Positions 46,305 to 55,993 of a stretch of DNA of 64,000 nt are shown here, piece by piece (position 1 is the stretch's first letter; every line of letters begins with the position of its first letter). The stretch lies in the IMG/VR virus record IMGVR_UViG_3300027708_000036. One strand, given 5' to 3'. A program made the position numbers and the translations under genes. The notes under the pieces are model-generated. The model did not search any database. It saw only the letters and a list, made by a program, of their open reading frames with translations, and had not been told where the DNA came from. This DNA is from an uncultured virus (IMG/VR IMGVR_UViG_3300027708_000036). Lineage: Duplodnaviria; Heunggongvirae; Uroviricota; Caudoviricetes.

Positions 46305-46379
46305 GGTGATGTAGCACAACGGTAGTGCAACTCCTTCATACGGAGTAGGTTAGTGGCTCGATTCCACTCATCACCACCA
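46305..46379 (+). tRNA. tRNA-Met(CAT) elongator (probable)
   Basis: ACTCC-TTCATAC-GGAGT. Confidence 0.85.
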
Positions 46380-46386
46380 AATATAG

Positions 46387-46463
<77 letters not shown>

Positions 46464-46477
46464 AGATAAGTAGAAGT

Positions 46478-47131
46478 ATGAAGCACATGGCATTATATTT
46501 GCACCATCCCGAATGTTCGAAGGACTGTGCGTATGCCATGGTTAATGCTCTTTCTTCAGATTACCAAATACGGATATTTGAAGAAAGCGAGTTAGACGAT
46601 GATAGTTTCTTTGACAATATTGACATTATTGCTTTTCCTGGTGGTATTGGCGATAGCGACAGTTATCCTAATTTCTTCACTAGAACAAGAGCGAATCGAA
46701 TCGCCAGATTCTTGGATGGTGGTGGTCACTATCTTGGCATCTGCATGGGTGCTTATTGGGCTGGAAGTCGTTATTTCGATATACTTACTGATGTTGGTCC
46801 AGTTCAGTACATAAAGAGACCGAATGCCACTGTTCGCAGAAGTTATGGAACAGTTGCTGATGTAGAGTGGAATGGTACAAAAGAGCAGATGTATTTTTAT
46901 GATGGTTGTGCGCTGATTGGAGACGAGACAAAGTTTAAAACAATCGCACGATATGCCAATGGTGATCCAATGGCAATCATACAAGGAAGAATAGGATTAA
47001 TAGGTTGCCACCCAGAAGCACCACTGTATTGGTATGAGAAACCATGGCAATACATAAACAAACACTGGAACGATGGAAGACATCACACACTGTTGTTAGA
47101 TTTTGTAAATAAATTATGCCCTATTAGTTAA
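46478..47131 (+). CDS. BPL_N / class I glutamine amidotransferase-like protein
   Basis: AFPGG, GGHYLGICMGAY nucleophile elbow, GCHPE. Confidence 0.82.
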   Translation: MKHMALYLHHPECSKDCAYAMVNALSSDYQIRIFEESELDDDSFFDNIDIIAFPGGIGDSDSYPNFFTRTRANRIARFLDGGGHYLGICMGAYWAGSRYFDILTDVGPVQYIKRPNATVRRSYGTVADVEWNGTKEQMYFYDGCALIGDETKFKTIARYANGDPMAIIQGRIGLIGCHPEAPLYWYEKPWQYINKHWNDGRHHTLLLDFVNKLCPIS

Positions 47132-47191
47132 ATGGTAGAACACCTGTTTTGTAATCAGGTAATGGCAGTTCGATTCTGTCATGGGGCACCA
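47118..47191 (+). tRNA. tRNA-Thr(TGT)
   Basis: Loop TTTGTAA; overlaps the last codons of the upstream CDS. Confidence 0.88.
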
Positions 47192-47210
47192 AACAATAAT
47201 GGAGAATGTC

Positions 47211-47348
47211 GTGTCATCAAGAGAAACAATAGAGAAAGCATATGGAAGCATTCCCAAAGAAGTAGGAATGTATCATGATTGGGGTATCCCAACATGGAGA
47301 GGTTTTAAGTATTACTGGTATAAAATTACCAGAAAAGTAACAAGATAA
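47211..47348 (+). CDS. small hypothetical protein (not in the ORF track)
   Basis: GGAG SD and GTG start; MSSRETIEKAYGSIPKEVGMYHDWGIPTWRGFKYYWYKITRKVTR*. Confidence 0.55.
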   Translation: MSSRETIEKAYGSIPKEVGMYHDWGIPTWRGFKYYWYKITRKVTR

Positions 47349-47354
47349 GTTTAT

Positions 47355-47430
47355 TCCGCAGTAGCTCAGTTGGTAGAGTAGATGACTGTTAATCATTTGG
47401 TCGATGGTTCGAGCCCATCCTGTGGAGCCA
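47355..47430 (+). tRNA. tRNA-Asn(GTT)
   Basis: Loop CTGTTAA, GCCA. Confidence 0.94.
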
Positions 47431-47436
47431 AGTATC

Positions 47437-47510
47437 GGGGGATTAGTATAATGGGATTACGGCAGCTTTGCAAGCTGTTTATGGGAGTTCGATCCTCCCA
47501 TCCTCCACCA
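47437..47510 (+). tRNA. tRNA-Ala(TGC)
   Basis: G3:U70, loop TTTGCAA. Confidence 0.94.
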
Positions 47511-47560
47511 AGAATCGCTCTCACATATGGCGTATAATAAGATAAGTAATATGTGACCTT

Positions 47561-47634
47561 GCTCTGTTAGTTAAATGGTATAACAGTTGATTAGTAATCA
47601 TCAATTGGGAGTTCGATTCTCTCACGGAGCACCA
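47561..47634 (+). tRNA. tRNA-Thr(AGT)
   Basis: Loop TTAGTAA (A34); C2:G71 Thr identity pair. Confidence 0.85.
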
Positions 47635-47636
47635 AT

Positions 47637-47710
47637 ATCTCTCTAGTGTAATGGCAGCACGAAAATCTCCAAAATTTTTAGTCGGGGTTCAAGTCCCTGG
47701 AGGGATGCCA
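47637..47710 (+). tRNA. tRNA-Trp(CCA)
   Basis: Loop CTCCAAA, G73. Confidence 0.9.
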
Positions 47711-47712
47711 AT

Positions 47713-47786
47713 GCGGGATTAGTTTAATGGTAAAACTACAGATTTCCAATCTGTTGTTATCAGTTCGATTCTGATATTCCGCTCCA
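47713..47786 (+). tRNA. tRNA-Gly(TCC)
   Basis: GCG start, loop TTTCCAA, TCCA end. Confidence 0.92.
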
Positions 47787-47804
47787 TTTAAGATAGAGGT
47801 AGTT

Positions 47805-48281
47805 ATGCGTAAAGATATCAACATCGATGAAGTGAAACAATTCATCGAGGCACAGAGTCCTGAATCTAAGATTTATATCGGTGGCGACTCTGAACGATTT
47901 AATATCGGTGATGATTTCTACGCTGATTATATCTTAGTGATTGTTGTTCATATCAATGGTAATAATGGTTGTAAAATCTTCGGTGAAGTATCTCGTGAAA
48001 GAGACTATGACCAGAAGAAAAGCAAACCACGTATGCGATTGATGAATGAAGTATATAAAATTGCAGAGTTGTATCTAAAGTTGCATGAAGTTCTGGAAGA
48101 CAGAGATGTGGAAGTTCACCTTGACATTAATCCAGACGAAATGCATGGATCATCTTGCGTAATCAACGAAGCAGTTGGTTACATTAAGGGTATGTGCAAT
48201 ATTGTACCATTTGTAAAACCAAATGCATTTGCAGCATCATACGCTGCAGACAGATACAAGTCTTACATGCGTGCAGCATAA
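47805..48281 (+). CDS. YkuK/DUF458 RNase H-like protein
   Basis: IYIGGDSE, RLMNEV, VHLDINP, AASYAADR. Confidence 0.82.
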   Translation: MRKDINIDEVKQFIEAQSPESKIYIGGDSERFNIGDDFYADYILVIVVHINGNNGCKIFGEVSRERDYDQKKSKPRMRLMNEVYKIAELYLKLHEVLEDRDVEVHLDINPDEMHGSSCVINEAVGYIKGMCNIVPFVKPNAFAASYAADRYKSYMRAA

Positions 48282-48324
48282 TTTGACATGCAGGGAATAT
48301 TATTGTATAATAAGTAGTAAGAGT

Positions 48325-48399
48325 GCGGGATTAATTCAGTGGTAGAATGTTTCGTTGCCAACGAAAATGTCATCGGTTCAAATCCGATATCCCGCTCCA
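48325..48399 (+). tRNA. tRNA-Gly(GCC)
   Basis: Loop TTGCCAA; own promoter TTGACA-17-TATAAT at 48283-48311. Confidence 0.93.
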
Positions 48400-48415
48400 A
48401 CAACATGGAGATATT

Positions 48416-48622
48416 ATGACAGAAGAAACTACACCAGTACCACTAACCTTTAAAGAGCAGTGGGAACAAAAGAAACTACTGAAGCGAGCCAAGAAAAAAG
48501 CAAAGCATAATTTGCAAAGCCAAGGATTGGGTCGCAAAGAAGCAAGTAAAGCAGTCAACAAAGCAGTCAATCGAATCGCTTCCAATAAGCCCATGCAACG
48601 TGCTGCTGGACGTGGCGGATAA
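48416..48622 (+). CDS. small basic protein
   Basis: GGAG SD; Lys/Arg-rich, ends GRGG. Confidence 0.6.
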   Translation: MTEETTPVPLTFKEQWEQKKLLKRAKKKAKHNLQSQGLGRKEASKAVNKAVNRIASNKPMQRAAGRGG

Positions 48623-48627
48623 AATAC

Positions 48628-48649
48628 AATCCCACATAGTGGGATTTTT
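48628..48649 (+). terminator. intrinsic terminator
   Basis: AATCCCAC-ATA-GTGGGATT followed by T tract. Confidence 0.7.
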
Positions 48650-48666
48650 CACATTAGGAATTTATT

Positions 48667-49068
48667 ATGTTTGAATGTATCATAGCAGGAGATTCAATTG
48701 GAGTAGGAATTGCCAATGTACGTAAAGAGTGCGTGGCATATGTACAAGGTGGAATTAACTCGCACCAGTGGTTGAATAAAAATATTCAAAACACACCACT
48801 AATTGCTAATCATGTAATCATCTCACTTGGTTCAAACGACCACAAATACGTTAAGACTGAGGAAGAACTCAGAGTCATTCGTAAACTAACCAAAGCCGAC
48901 AGAGTGTATTGGATTATGCCAAGCGATAAGTTTCCAGCAGCACAATCAGCAGTGTGGCATGTGGCAAACGAGAATAACGATATGATTCTTGGAACGAAAC
49001 GAATGCAAACCGATGGTGTCCACCCATCGTGGGCAGGATATAAAGAACTAGCGGAGAAGGCAAGATGA
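48667..49068 (+). CDS. SGNH/GDSL hydrolase-like protein
   Basis: GDSIG, LGSND, DGVHP. Confidence 0.82.
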   Translation: MFECIIAGDSIGVGIANVRKECVAYVQGGINSHQWLNKNIQNTPLIANHVIISLGSNDHKYVKTEEELRVIRKLTKADRVYWIMPSDKFPAAQSAVWHVANENNDMILGTKRMQTDGVHPSWAGYKELAEKAR

Positions 49069-49274
49069 ACATTAAAGACTATCAGATGGAGCCAAAGAAG
49101 CCACTATCATTCGAGGAGTGGAAGGGTAATATTGCTCCACAATATCAAGGAGAGAAACTCAAGGCATATGATAGACTGCATAATGTAGACTACGAGAAAG
49201 AATTCAATGCCATGCTTAAATCAGAGTATGCAGAATACCTATCAAATCTAAATGGAGACTGGTTGCTAAAATGA
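49065..49274 (+). CDS. hypothetical protein
   Basis: 69 aa coupled ORF; followed by several further short ORFs up to about 50430. Confidence 0.55.
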   Translation: MNIKDYQMEPKKPLSFEEWKGNIAPQYQGEKLKAYDRLHNVDYEKEFNAMLKSEYAEYLSNLNGDWLLK

Positions 49275-49560
49275 TACTGGTAGCCACATGGATCACTGTT
49301 GGATTCTTTTCAGCCATCGGATGGTATGGAGCGAATCATCTCGTCATTGAACCATACCTGCCACCACCGAGACAGATAGAGAAAAAGAAAGATGATTGAA
49401 ATAATTATAGCACTGGCAATAGGAATTGCACTGGGTTTCGCATTAAACAATAAGAAACCACCAGAGCAGGAACAACCACCAGACTATGCCTATTACAAAA
49501 ACCTATCCGAATCACTAATGCAAGATGTGAGACGACTAAGAGAAGAACTAAGGAAGAAAG

Positions 49561-49788
49561 ATGACAACCTTCACTAGCGAGGACAGAGAAAACTCTGAGC
49601 CAATACTGAATAGCTGTAGGGATACAGGAATGTCCACGTATACCTATTTCTGGACTGTCAATAAGAAAGTCATTAGTCCATACTTTAATACTGACTCCGA
49701 AGCCAATAGCTGGATGGAGATCGAGAAATACAAGATTGAAGCACAATCGCTTTGGTCTGATTCATGCACAACCCAAAGGAAACTATGA
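49561..49788 (+). CDS. hypothetical protein
   Basis: MTTFTSEDRE start; AAGGA upstream. Confidence 0.55.
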   Translation: MTTFTSEDRENSEPILNSCRDTGMSTYTYFWTVNKKVISPYFNTDSEANSWMEIEKYKIEAQSLWSDSCTTQRKL

Positions 49789-50064
49789 AAACTGTACAAC
49801 AAATGGAAACTGAAGCCATCCTATCAATGATGGAATCGATGAAGACTCTGGAACAACAACTAGCCGATGCCAAGAAAAGAATCGATGATCTAGAAAAGAT
49901 AATCTCCAATCAGAGAGCAATGATAAAGGAACTGCAATGAAGGTAAATAAACTAATTCGTAAGATGTATAAAGCAATCATACTATCCAAGAAGAAACAAG
50001 AGAAGAAACTATACCTAAAGATCCTCAAGAAATCCCTAAAACATAAGCATACGGAAGCCGTGCA

Positions 50065-50268
50065 GTGACACAAGAAGTAATCCTACATAAAGACGACCTC
50101 AATGCAATCATCGAGTTCGCCTCAAAGTACCCCGAATCCGACTATATTACAGTCTCCTGCGATTCTTCCTCGGGGATCGGAATTTTAGTCTCAGCATCAC
50201 TACGAGCAATAATCAACGAAGATGCAGTAATCATAACAAAGCAAATCGTGGACGAATCATCATGGTAG
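50065..50268 (+). CDS. hypothetical protein
   Basis: DSSSGIG...IVDESSW. Confidence 0.55.
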   Translation: MTQEVILHKDDLNAIIEFASKYPESDYITVSCDSSSGIGILVSASLRAIINEDAVIITKQIVDESSW

Positions 50269-50434
50269 AAAACGAAGATAAACTATGCACTCTGGAAGAA
50301 GCTGAAGAATTCGATAAGAAACGAAACTACAGCTATACCGTGCCTTGGAATGGAGTTGCTCCATCAGTAAATGCTCAGTGGAAAGTAGAGATAAAAGATC
50401 CATGGGATGAATGGAAAGCCAATAAGGATATCGT

Positions 50435-51007
50435 GTGAATATGGTAGACGATAGTTCTGTCTGGTCCACTATTGATGGTGTAGATCTGTGGATATACGAT
50501 AAACTAATACTTGCAAAACGATTAGGCTATGATTGTGGACCAGCTGGAATAGCACCAACAAAGACTAACGAGTACATTGTAAGACCAATCTCTAACTATC
50601 GTATGATGGGTCGTGGTAGTAGTATACTGACAATTCCTGCCAATGCCGATATTATTCCAGATGGTTACTTTTGGTGTGAGGTATTTAACGGTAGACACAT
50701 AACAATAGACTATAATTACGGAGTACAAACTCTTGCTGTGGAAGGATTTAAAGACAGTACCAGAACAGATCGATTTAGCTCTTGGAAGCGAATCGAATAT
50801 TCTTACGAACTACCACCATTATTACAACCCATAGCCCTAAAGTACGAGTGGCTTAATATAGAGATAATTGACGATAAAATCATTGAAGTACACCTAAGAT
50901 ACAACGATGACTTTGCTAATCATACATCACAAGAGATAATACCCATATGGCGAGAGAACTACTATCATAGTCCATGTGGAGATAGAATAGGATTTTTACT
51001 AAAATGA
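50435..51007 (+). CDS. ATP-grasp-like phage protein
   Basis: YDKLILA..LGY.CGPAG, YIVRP, FWCE.F.GRH.TID, IIEVHLR. Confidence 0.6.
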   Translation: MNMVDDSSVWSTIDGVDLWIYDKLILAKRLGYDCGPAGIAPTKTNEYIVRPISNYRMMGRGSSILTIPANADIIPDGYFWCEVFNGRHITIDYNYGVQTLAVEGFKDSTRTDRFSSWKRIEYSYELPPLLQPIALKYEWLNIEIIDDKIIEVHLRYNDDFANHTSQEIIPIWRENYYHSPCGDRIGFLLK

Positions 51008-51183
51008 ACCAAGAAGAATACATTAAGTTTCTGGAAGAGAGACTAAAGCACTCCGATGAACAACTAACGAAAGCCATGGAGATGCTGGCTAAACTAATGA
51101 GTAAGATGAAGGATGCTATTTAGTCGTGTGTGGTGGACGTATATTCGGAAAATACAGGGTTTGCATGAATACAAAGGCGAGTG

Positions 51184-51477
51184 ATGGCATACAAAGAAAA
51201 AGTTTGTCCTAAGTGTAACACCGTGCACAACAAGCGTGGTGAGTTCTGCTCTCGTAGCTGTGGTAACTCTCGTCCACTAACAAAGGAACAGAAGCAGAAG
51301 ATTGGTGCTGCTAAGTCTGCATGGCTTACTGGTGGTAGTGAAGAAGCAGAAGTGGCTGTGCATAACTTTGTCTCTGGTGGAAACAATAAGACTGCTGAAC
51401 CCATTGCTCCTATTGTTTCGAGAGATGCTGGCTATAGACGTTTCGTAGAAGATGGCGATCTATGGGAGGAAGTTTAG
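51184..51477 (+). CDS. zinc-finger plus NUMOD3-like DNA-binding protein
   Basis: CPKC...FCSRSC, TKEQKQKIG. Confidence 0.55.
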   Translation: MAYKEKVCPKCNTVHNKRGEFCSRSCGNSRPLTKEQKQKIGAAKSAWLTGGSEEAEVAVHNFVSGGNNKTAEPIAPIVSRDAGYRRFVEDGDLWEEV

Positions 51478-51625
51478 TTACAGGGAATATTGCCAGTTAT
51501 TACCACGCTATGTGAGTGTATGTGGGAGGGCTATGTGGAGACGTATGTGACACTCTTGTGCGCAACGAGTGTAAGACGAGTGCGTGTGCTCTCGAGTGCG
51601 TGTGATGCAATATTGCAATTCTTAT

Positions 51626-51654
51626 TTGATTTTAATTTGACTTTGGGGTATACT
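51626..51654 (+). promoter_or_regulatory. sigma70-type promoter
   Basis: TTGATT-TTAATT...-TATACT, 17 nt spacer. Confidence 0.6.
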
Positions 51655-51762
51655 TACGGTGTTAGGGTTGATAAAGAGTAGGTAATGCATTAGTCGTGTA
51701 ACTCCTATGTAGCGTGTATATGGGCTCGGTGACCGACCAGTAATATAGTTTGGAGTGATTTG

Positions 51763-51799
51763 AAAAGACCAGCAATCGTTTTTGATTCTGGTCTTTTTT
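51763..51799 (+). terminator. intrinsic terminator
   Basis: AAAAGACCAG...CTGGTCTTTTTT. Confidence 0.78.
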
Positions 51800-51824
51800 G
51801 CATTTCTAGTTCTGAAATTGTAGT

Positions 51825-51900
51825 AAGTAAGTGCTAACTTACTTTTTGGTTAGTAAGCACTTACTTCGATCGAGAGAATTTGGTAAGTAAGTGCTTACTT
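51825..51900. repeat. three copies of the 16 bp palindrome AAGTAAG-NN-CTTACTT
   Basis: Copies at 51825-51840, 51851-51866 (inverted) and 51885-51900. Confidence 0.85.
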
Positions 51901-52112
51901 CGCCAGCATGCGTCCGTCTCGTCGGCTATAAACCAGACGAGCAGGGTCCACGTCCACCCCAGTAACTTTCGAATAACTCAATTATTCCTCAAGAGAGAAT
52001 TAACGACAACCACTAATTAATAACCCTCAACTTTGGTAGGGATCAAATTAGTTGTTGCCTTTAATTGCAAATTCAGTAATAATAAGCCATAAATTTGAAA
52101 AAAGGACTTAAA

Positions 52113-52328
52113 ATGATTTCTCGTGATTTTCTCTCTTCTTTGAACTTCCGTGTTATGGACGAAACCGATAAAATGGGTTTCGCTGGGGTTCAATCGCCTG
52201 TTCCACTGATTGTTGAAATCAATGATCTTTTGATTATCATTGATGGTGATCGTTGTGAAGTTTACGGTGAAAATTCGGATTTTGGACCAGCAGAAATTTG
52301 CGAATCCATCAGCGAATTACCCTACTAA
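52113..52328 (+). CDS. hypothetical early protein
   Basis: AAAGGA SD; own promoter and palindrome upstream. Confidence 0.65.
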   Translation: MISRDFLSSLNFRVMDETDKMGFAGVQSPVPLIVEINDLLIIIDGDRCEVYGENSDFGPAEICESISELPY

Positions 52329-52398
52329 GAGTGGGGTTATTGCTTGCCGTTAATTCGGTTTGGATGTAAGATTACAGTATTGAAATTAAGGAAACAAA

Positions 52399-52668
52399 AT
52401 GAGTAAAACCGATAAAATTAAAGACTACGCATCCAAAGCCCAGTATTACTTGGAACTGGCTGACAAGTATCAGCAAATGGCTTTCGGCGAATTCGCTGAC
52501 GCACAGTGCTACGACCTGCATAACGGGATTGAAGAAATGATGGACGAAATTGACGATCTGCTTATGGAAGTCTGTATCCCTCTTGAAATGAATACGATTG
52601 ATATCGGCTCGGGTTTGTACGACGCACGAGAAGGAAACGAGGATTCTTTCTCAAATCTGGATAAGTAA
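52399..52668 (+). CDS. hypothetical acidic early protein
   Basis: AAGGA SD; promoter TTGCCG-17-TAAGAT at 52344-52372. Confidence 0.65.
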   Translation: MSKTDKIKDYASKAQYYLELADKYQQMAFGEFADAQCYDLHNGIEEMMDEIDDLLMEVCIPLEMNTIDIGSGLYDAREGNEDSFSNLDK

Positions 52669-52762
52669 CCCTACGGATTGTAGGGTTATCCAGAAAGTTG
52701 TTGTCGTTAATTCGTAGTTGCTGTAAGATTATGGTATTGAAATTGATTATGAAAGGTTTTTT

Positions 52763-53659
52763 ATGAATGTATCCGCTGTTTCCTTCGACGCCAAATCTGG
52801 CAACTACATGGCTAAAGTCGGTTCTAAGACTATCAAGTCTTACTCCAAAGCATACGTGGAGCGCAAACTCCGCAACATGGTTGGTGATGTAGAAGTTGCC
52901 ATGGCTGCAGCTGTTGAGAAGTCTAACAAGTATGACATCAATACACGATTCGGTTTCGTGGAAAAGCTGGTTACCATGGTTGCCACTGGTGTTCAACCCT
53001 CTGCCGTGATTACTGGTGAAGGTGGACTCGGCAAAACATTCACTGTAACCAAAACCTTGGCTGCACATGGCTACAAAGATATTTCAGAATTAGCTGAATT
53101 CCAAGTGGGCTCTGTCATCAATACTGCAAAGTGTTTTATGATGGTCAAGGGTTATTCCACTGCAAAGGGTTTGTATCGCACTCTGTTCGAGAATCAAAAA
53201 TCCGTGATTGTGTTTGATGATTGCGACGCTGTTCTGAAAGATCCAGTTGCATTAAACTTGCTTAAGGGAGCATTGGACTCTTACGGCAAACGCATTATTT
53301 CTTGGAATGCAGACATGAAGGATGATGATCTGCCACGCAGTTTTAATTTCGAAGGACGTGTTATTTTCATTAGCAACATGGATCAAGATCGTATCGACCA
53401 AGCCATTCGTTCACGTAGTATGATGATTGACCTGAGCATGACTTTCGACCAGAAGATCGACCGCATGGAATACATTGCAAAGAGTGATGAGTTTCTCCCA
53501 GAGTACGATGCAAAGATCAAGTCTGATGCACTGGCTCTTATCCGTGAAGTCGGTAAAGAAGCCAAAGAGATTAGTCTCCGTACTCTTATTGCTGTGTCCA
53601 AGGTACGTGCTTCCAACAAAGAGTGGAAAGACCTTGCTACATACATGTTGACTGCTTAA
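52763..53659 (+). CDS. AAA+ ATPase
   Basis: GEGGLGKT Walker A, IVFDDCD Walker B, IFISN sensor, AIRSRS arginine finger; promoter TTGTCG-17-TAAGAT at 52701-52729. Confidence 0.88.
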   Translation: MNVSAVSFDAKSGNYMAKVGSKTIKSYSKAYVERKLRNMVGDVEVAMAAAVEKSNKYDINTRFGFVEKLVTMVATGVQPSAVITGEGGLGKTFTVTKTLAAHGYKDISELAEFQVGSVINTAKCFMMVKGYSTAKGLYRTLFENQKSVIVFDDCDAVLKDPVALNLLKGALDSYGKRIISWNADMKDDDLPRSFNFEGRVIFISNMDQDRIDQAIRSRSMMIDLSMTFDQKIDRMEYIAKSDEFLPEYDAKIKSDALALIREVGKEAKEISLRTLIAVSKVRASNKEWKDLATYMLTA

Positions 53660-54239
53660 GGAGAGCATATGTTGAAATGGATATTGTTGATAGTAATAGT
53701 AGTAGCATTCCCTATAGAGGTAGAACATCTATTGGCAGATGTTGCAACAATCGCCAAGGATACAATAACATTAGTAATACAAGGATTTAAGCAATGAAGA
53801 AGAAAACACTAAACGAACTGTTACGTAAGAGATTAGGTATCAAGCCCACATTAGGGTATTTACTAAGAAAGAGATTATCTAAATGATTAGATTCATAGTA
53901 GGACTATTCGTAGTATTCGGAGCAGCAGGTGGGATGGACAATGCAACCGATGGTGAACTATTGCCATTATTGGGATTAGCCATAGTAGGACTAGTACTGA
54001 TGTACTTCGGCTCTGAGAAACTGAAACAGATGTAAATCTGTATTCGGCTTAGGGGACATATCTGTATTTGAAGGGACTCCTCCTCAGCCACACAATCGGG
54101 GGTTTAGCCACCATCATAATTACATCCTTGTCTTGCAATCATTCTTAGGGTATAATCATATCTGTAGAGGGTTGCATCGATCGAGTTCAGATTGTCTGCA
54201 AAAATTCCCCGAGAAAATTTTCACTGTAAAAGGTTGCAT

Positions 54240-54467
54240 ATGAATGAAGTTTATATTCTTGAGATGTATAATCCAGACGAGGAATATCCAGGATCACAGT
54301 CACCGATTCTTGGTGTTTTCATTAGTAAAGAAAATGCAGAGATATATCGTAATGAATACATTCGAGATCGTTATAGCATCGATGAAGAGGATTGTTCGGA
54401 TCAAGATCTGATTAACGACATCTATCCTGTTGAGTTTTTCATTAACAGATTTAGAGTGATGTCATGA
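54240..54467 (+). CDS. hypothetical protein
   Basis: AAAGG SD; promoter TTGTCT-17-TATAAT at 54128-54156. Confidence 0.55.
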   Translation: MNEVYILEMYNPDEEYPGSQSPILGVFISKENAEIYRNEYIRDRYSIDEEDCSDQDLINDIYPVEFFINRFRVMS

Positions 54468-54800
54468 CCACTGTAATCGCAATGGCTATAATTATTATTA
54501 TGGAGTTAGCAAGAAAATGATTGTATATGATAATGATGGTAAGAACATAGTCATCTCCACGACTCCTAGAGTTGAGTTTGATGATAATGTTCCAATATGG
54601 TTTATTAATGAGTTTCTTCGTAGAATGGCCAAGGGACAGATTAAGGTTAAGGATTCTACTGGTAAAGAATTAAAGGTGTATTATGGTGAATGTTAAACAA
54701 GGAAATATTGCACGTCCTCCTCAGTGGTGGAAACACCTAAGAGACTGGAAACGAGTGTTTTGGAAGTCTGAACGACAAGCACAAAAGCGAGGTATTAAAA

Positions 54801-55142
54801 ATGAGTCTTGATGTTGATTTAATGGTTATAAAACCCACGAGTATCTTCTCTATGAATATCACTCATAATCTTGGCAAGATGGCTACACAAGTTTTCTTGT
54901 CTAATGGTGATACTCTTTATGATGTTTTATGGCGACCAGAAGAAGTTGGTTATTACACAGCTGAGGATATCTCTGCACTTTTACATGAAGGTATGGTTAA
55001 GTTAATTTCTTCTCCCGAAGAGTATAAGAGATATAATCCAGACAACGGATGGGGTGACTACGATGGTCTTGTTGAATTTGTCAAACAATACTATCATGCT
55101 TGCCTAACGAATCCAGAAGCAGAGTTAAGAGTAAGTAGATGA
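54801..55142 (+). CDS. conserved phage hypothetical protein
   Basis: MSLDV...NITHNL...LWRPEE...NPDNGWG.Y. Confidence 0.7.
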   Translation: MSLDVDLMVIKPTSIFSMNITHNLGKMATQVFLSNGDTLYDVLWRPEEVGYYTAEDISALLHEGMVKLISSPEEYKRYNPDNGWGDYDGLVEFVKQYYHACLTNPEAELRVSR

Positions 55143-55363
55143 AACTGGCTGATCAATTTTCTAAGTCCGTACCCCAGAAGTGGAACTATGGAGACAGAGT
55201 ATTCGCAAAGTGGGAAGGTGTTCCTCTCGTGGGTATGGTCATTCGTCAGAATGAGTTTGGAGTGCTAATTCATGCAGACCTTCCCCTCGGAGAAAGTGAA
55301 GGAAGACAGGTAGTATATTGCAATCCCAAGACAGTTAAAAAATTGGTTGTCTTTAATGAATAA
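55139..55363 (+). CDS. SH3-like hypothetical protein
   Basis: GDRVFAKW...GMV. Confidence 0.55.
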   Translation: MKLADQFSKSVPQKWNYGDRVFAKWEGVPLVGMVIRQNEFGVLIHADLPLGESEGRQVVYCNPKTVKKLVVFNE

Positions 55364-55381
55364 TTGGAGTATAATAGTACT

Positions 55382-55579
55382 ATGATAAAATTAGAAATCC
55401 CCTTTGAAGTTGCAGACGGCATTGTACTGGCATCGTTGAAGAATCACATTGGTTATCTTAGAGAAGAGATTCGTGCCCATGTTGAGGATGGTGCTTATCT
55501 TCATCCAGAGGATTACCATAACAGTATGGTGAATTTAATTCCAGCCATGCAACTGATTATTGATTACTATGGTGGCTAG
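55382..55579 (+). CDS. hypothetical protein (leaderless)
   Basis: Promoter TTGTCT-17-TATAAT at 55347-55375; LHPED...YYGG. Confidence 0.6.
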   Translation: MIKLEIPFEVADGIVLASLKNHIGYLREEIRAHVEDGAYLHPEDYHNSMVNLIPAMQLIIDYYGG

Positions 55580-55778
55580 AGTCTTATTGGTATTATTGTT
55601 ATCAGGATGTTCCATGACAAAGATGGAAAACATCTATGTTGATAATTCTGCCACGAATAACTTTGTTGGTAATCCTTGCAAGTTTTATGTTAGACTTGCA
55701 GGTGAAGCCAAGTGCATGATCATGAAACATGATGCAAGGAATCCAGAAAATCCATATAACAATGAAAGAACAAAATGA
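55569..55778 (+). CDS. small lipoprotein
   Basis: Lipobox LSGC. Confidence 0.55.
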   Translation: MVARVLLVLLLSGCSMTKMENIYVDNSATNNFVGNPCKFYVRLAGEAKCMIMKHDARNPENPYNNERTK

Positions 55779-55993
55779 CAGAACAAAAATTGAATAAACT
55801 TGTATTAGAAATAGATAATGTTTTAAGTAAGATGATTGTGGAATATGAATATGATCCACTACATCTATCATCTATTATCCTTGCACGTCTTGTGAGGATG
55901 AATCAAGAGTTTGAAAGTCATGATGATTTTAATAAAATTATGAACTCAGCAATTTTGAAAAGACCTGCTGATAATGAAAGGACACTACAATGA
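55775..55993 (+). CDS. hypothetical protein
   Basis: Coupled ORF, 72 aa. Confidence 0.55.
   Translation: MTEQKLNKLVLEIDNVLSKMIVEYEYDPLHLSSIILARLVRMNQEFESHDDFNKIMNSAILKRPADNERTLQ

Noticed and set aside
51825..51900. Mini-CRISPR array
   Set aside because: The repeats are only 16 bp, one is inverted, and the gaps (10 and 18 nt) are too short and unequal for spacers.
54030..54240. Short repeats (ATCTGTA three times, GGTTGCAT twice) in an intergenic gap
   Set aside because: Too short and irregular to distinguish from chance by eye; only the promoter is supported.
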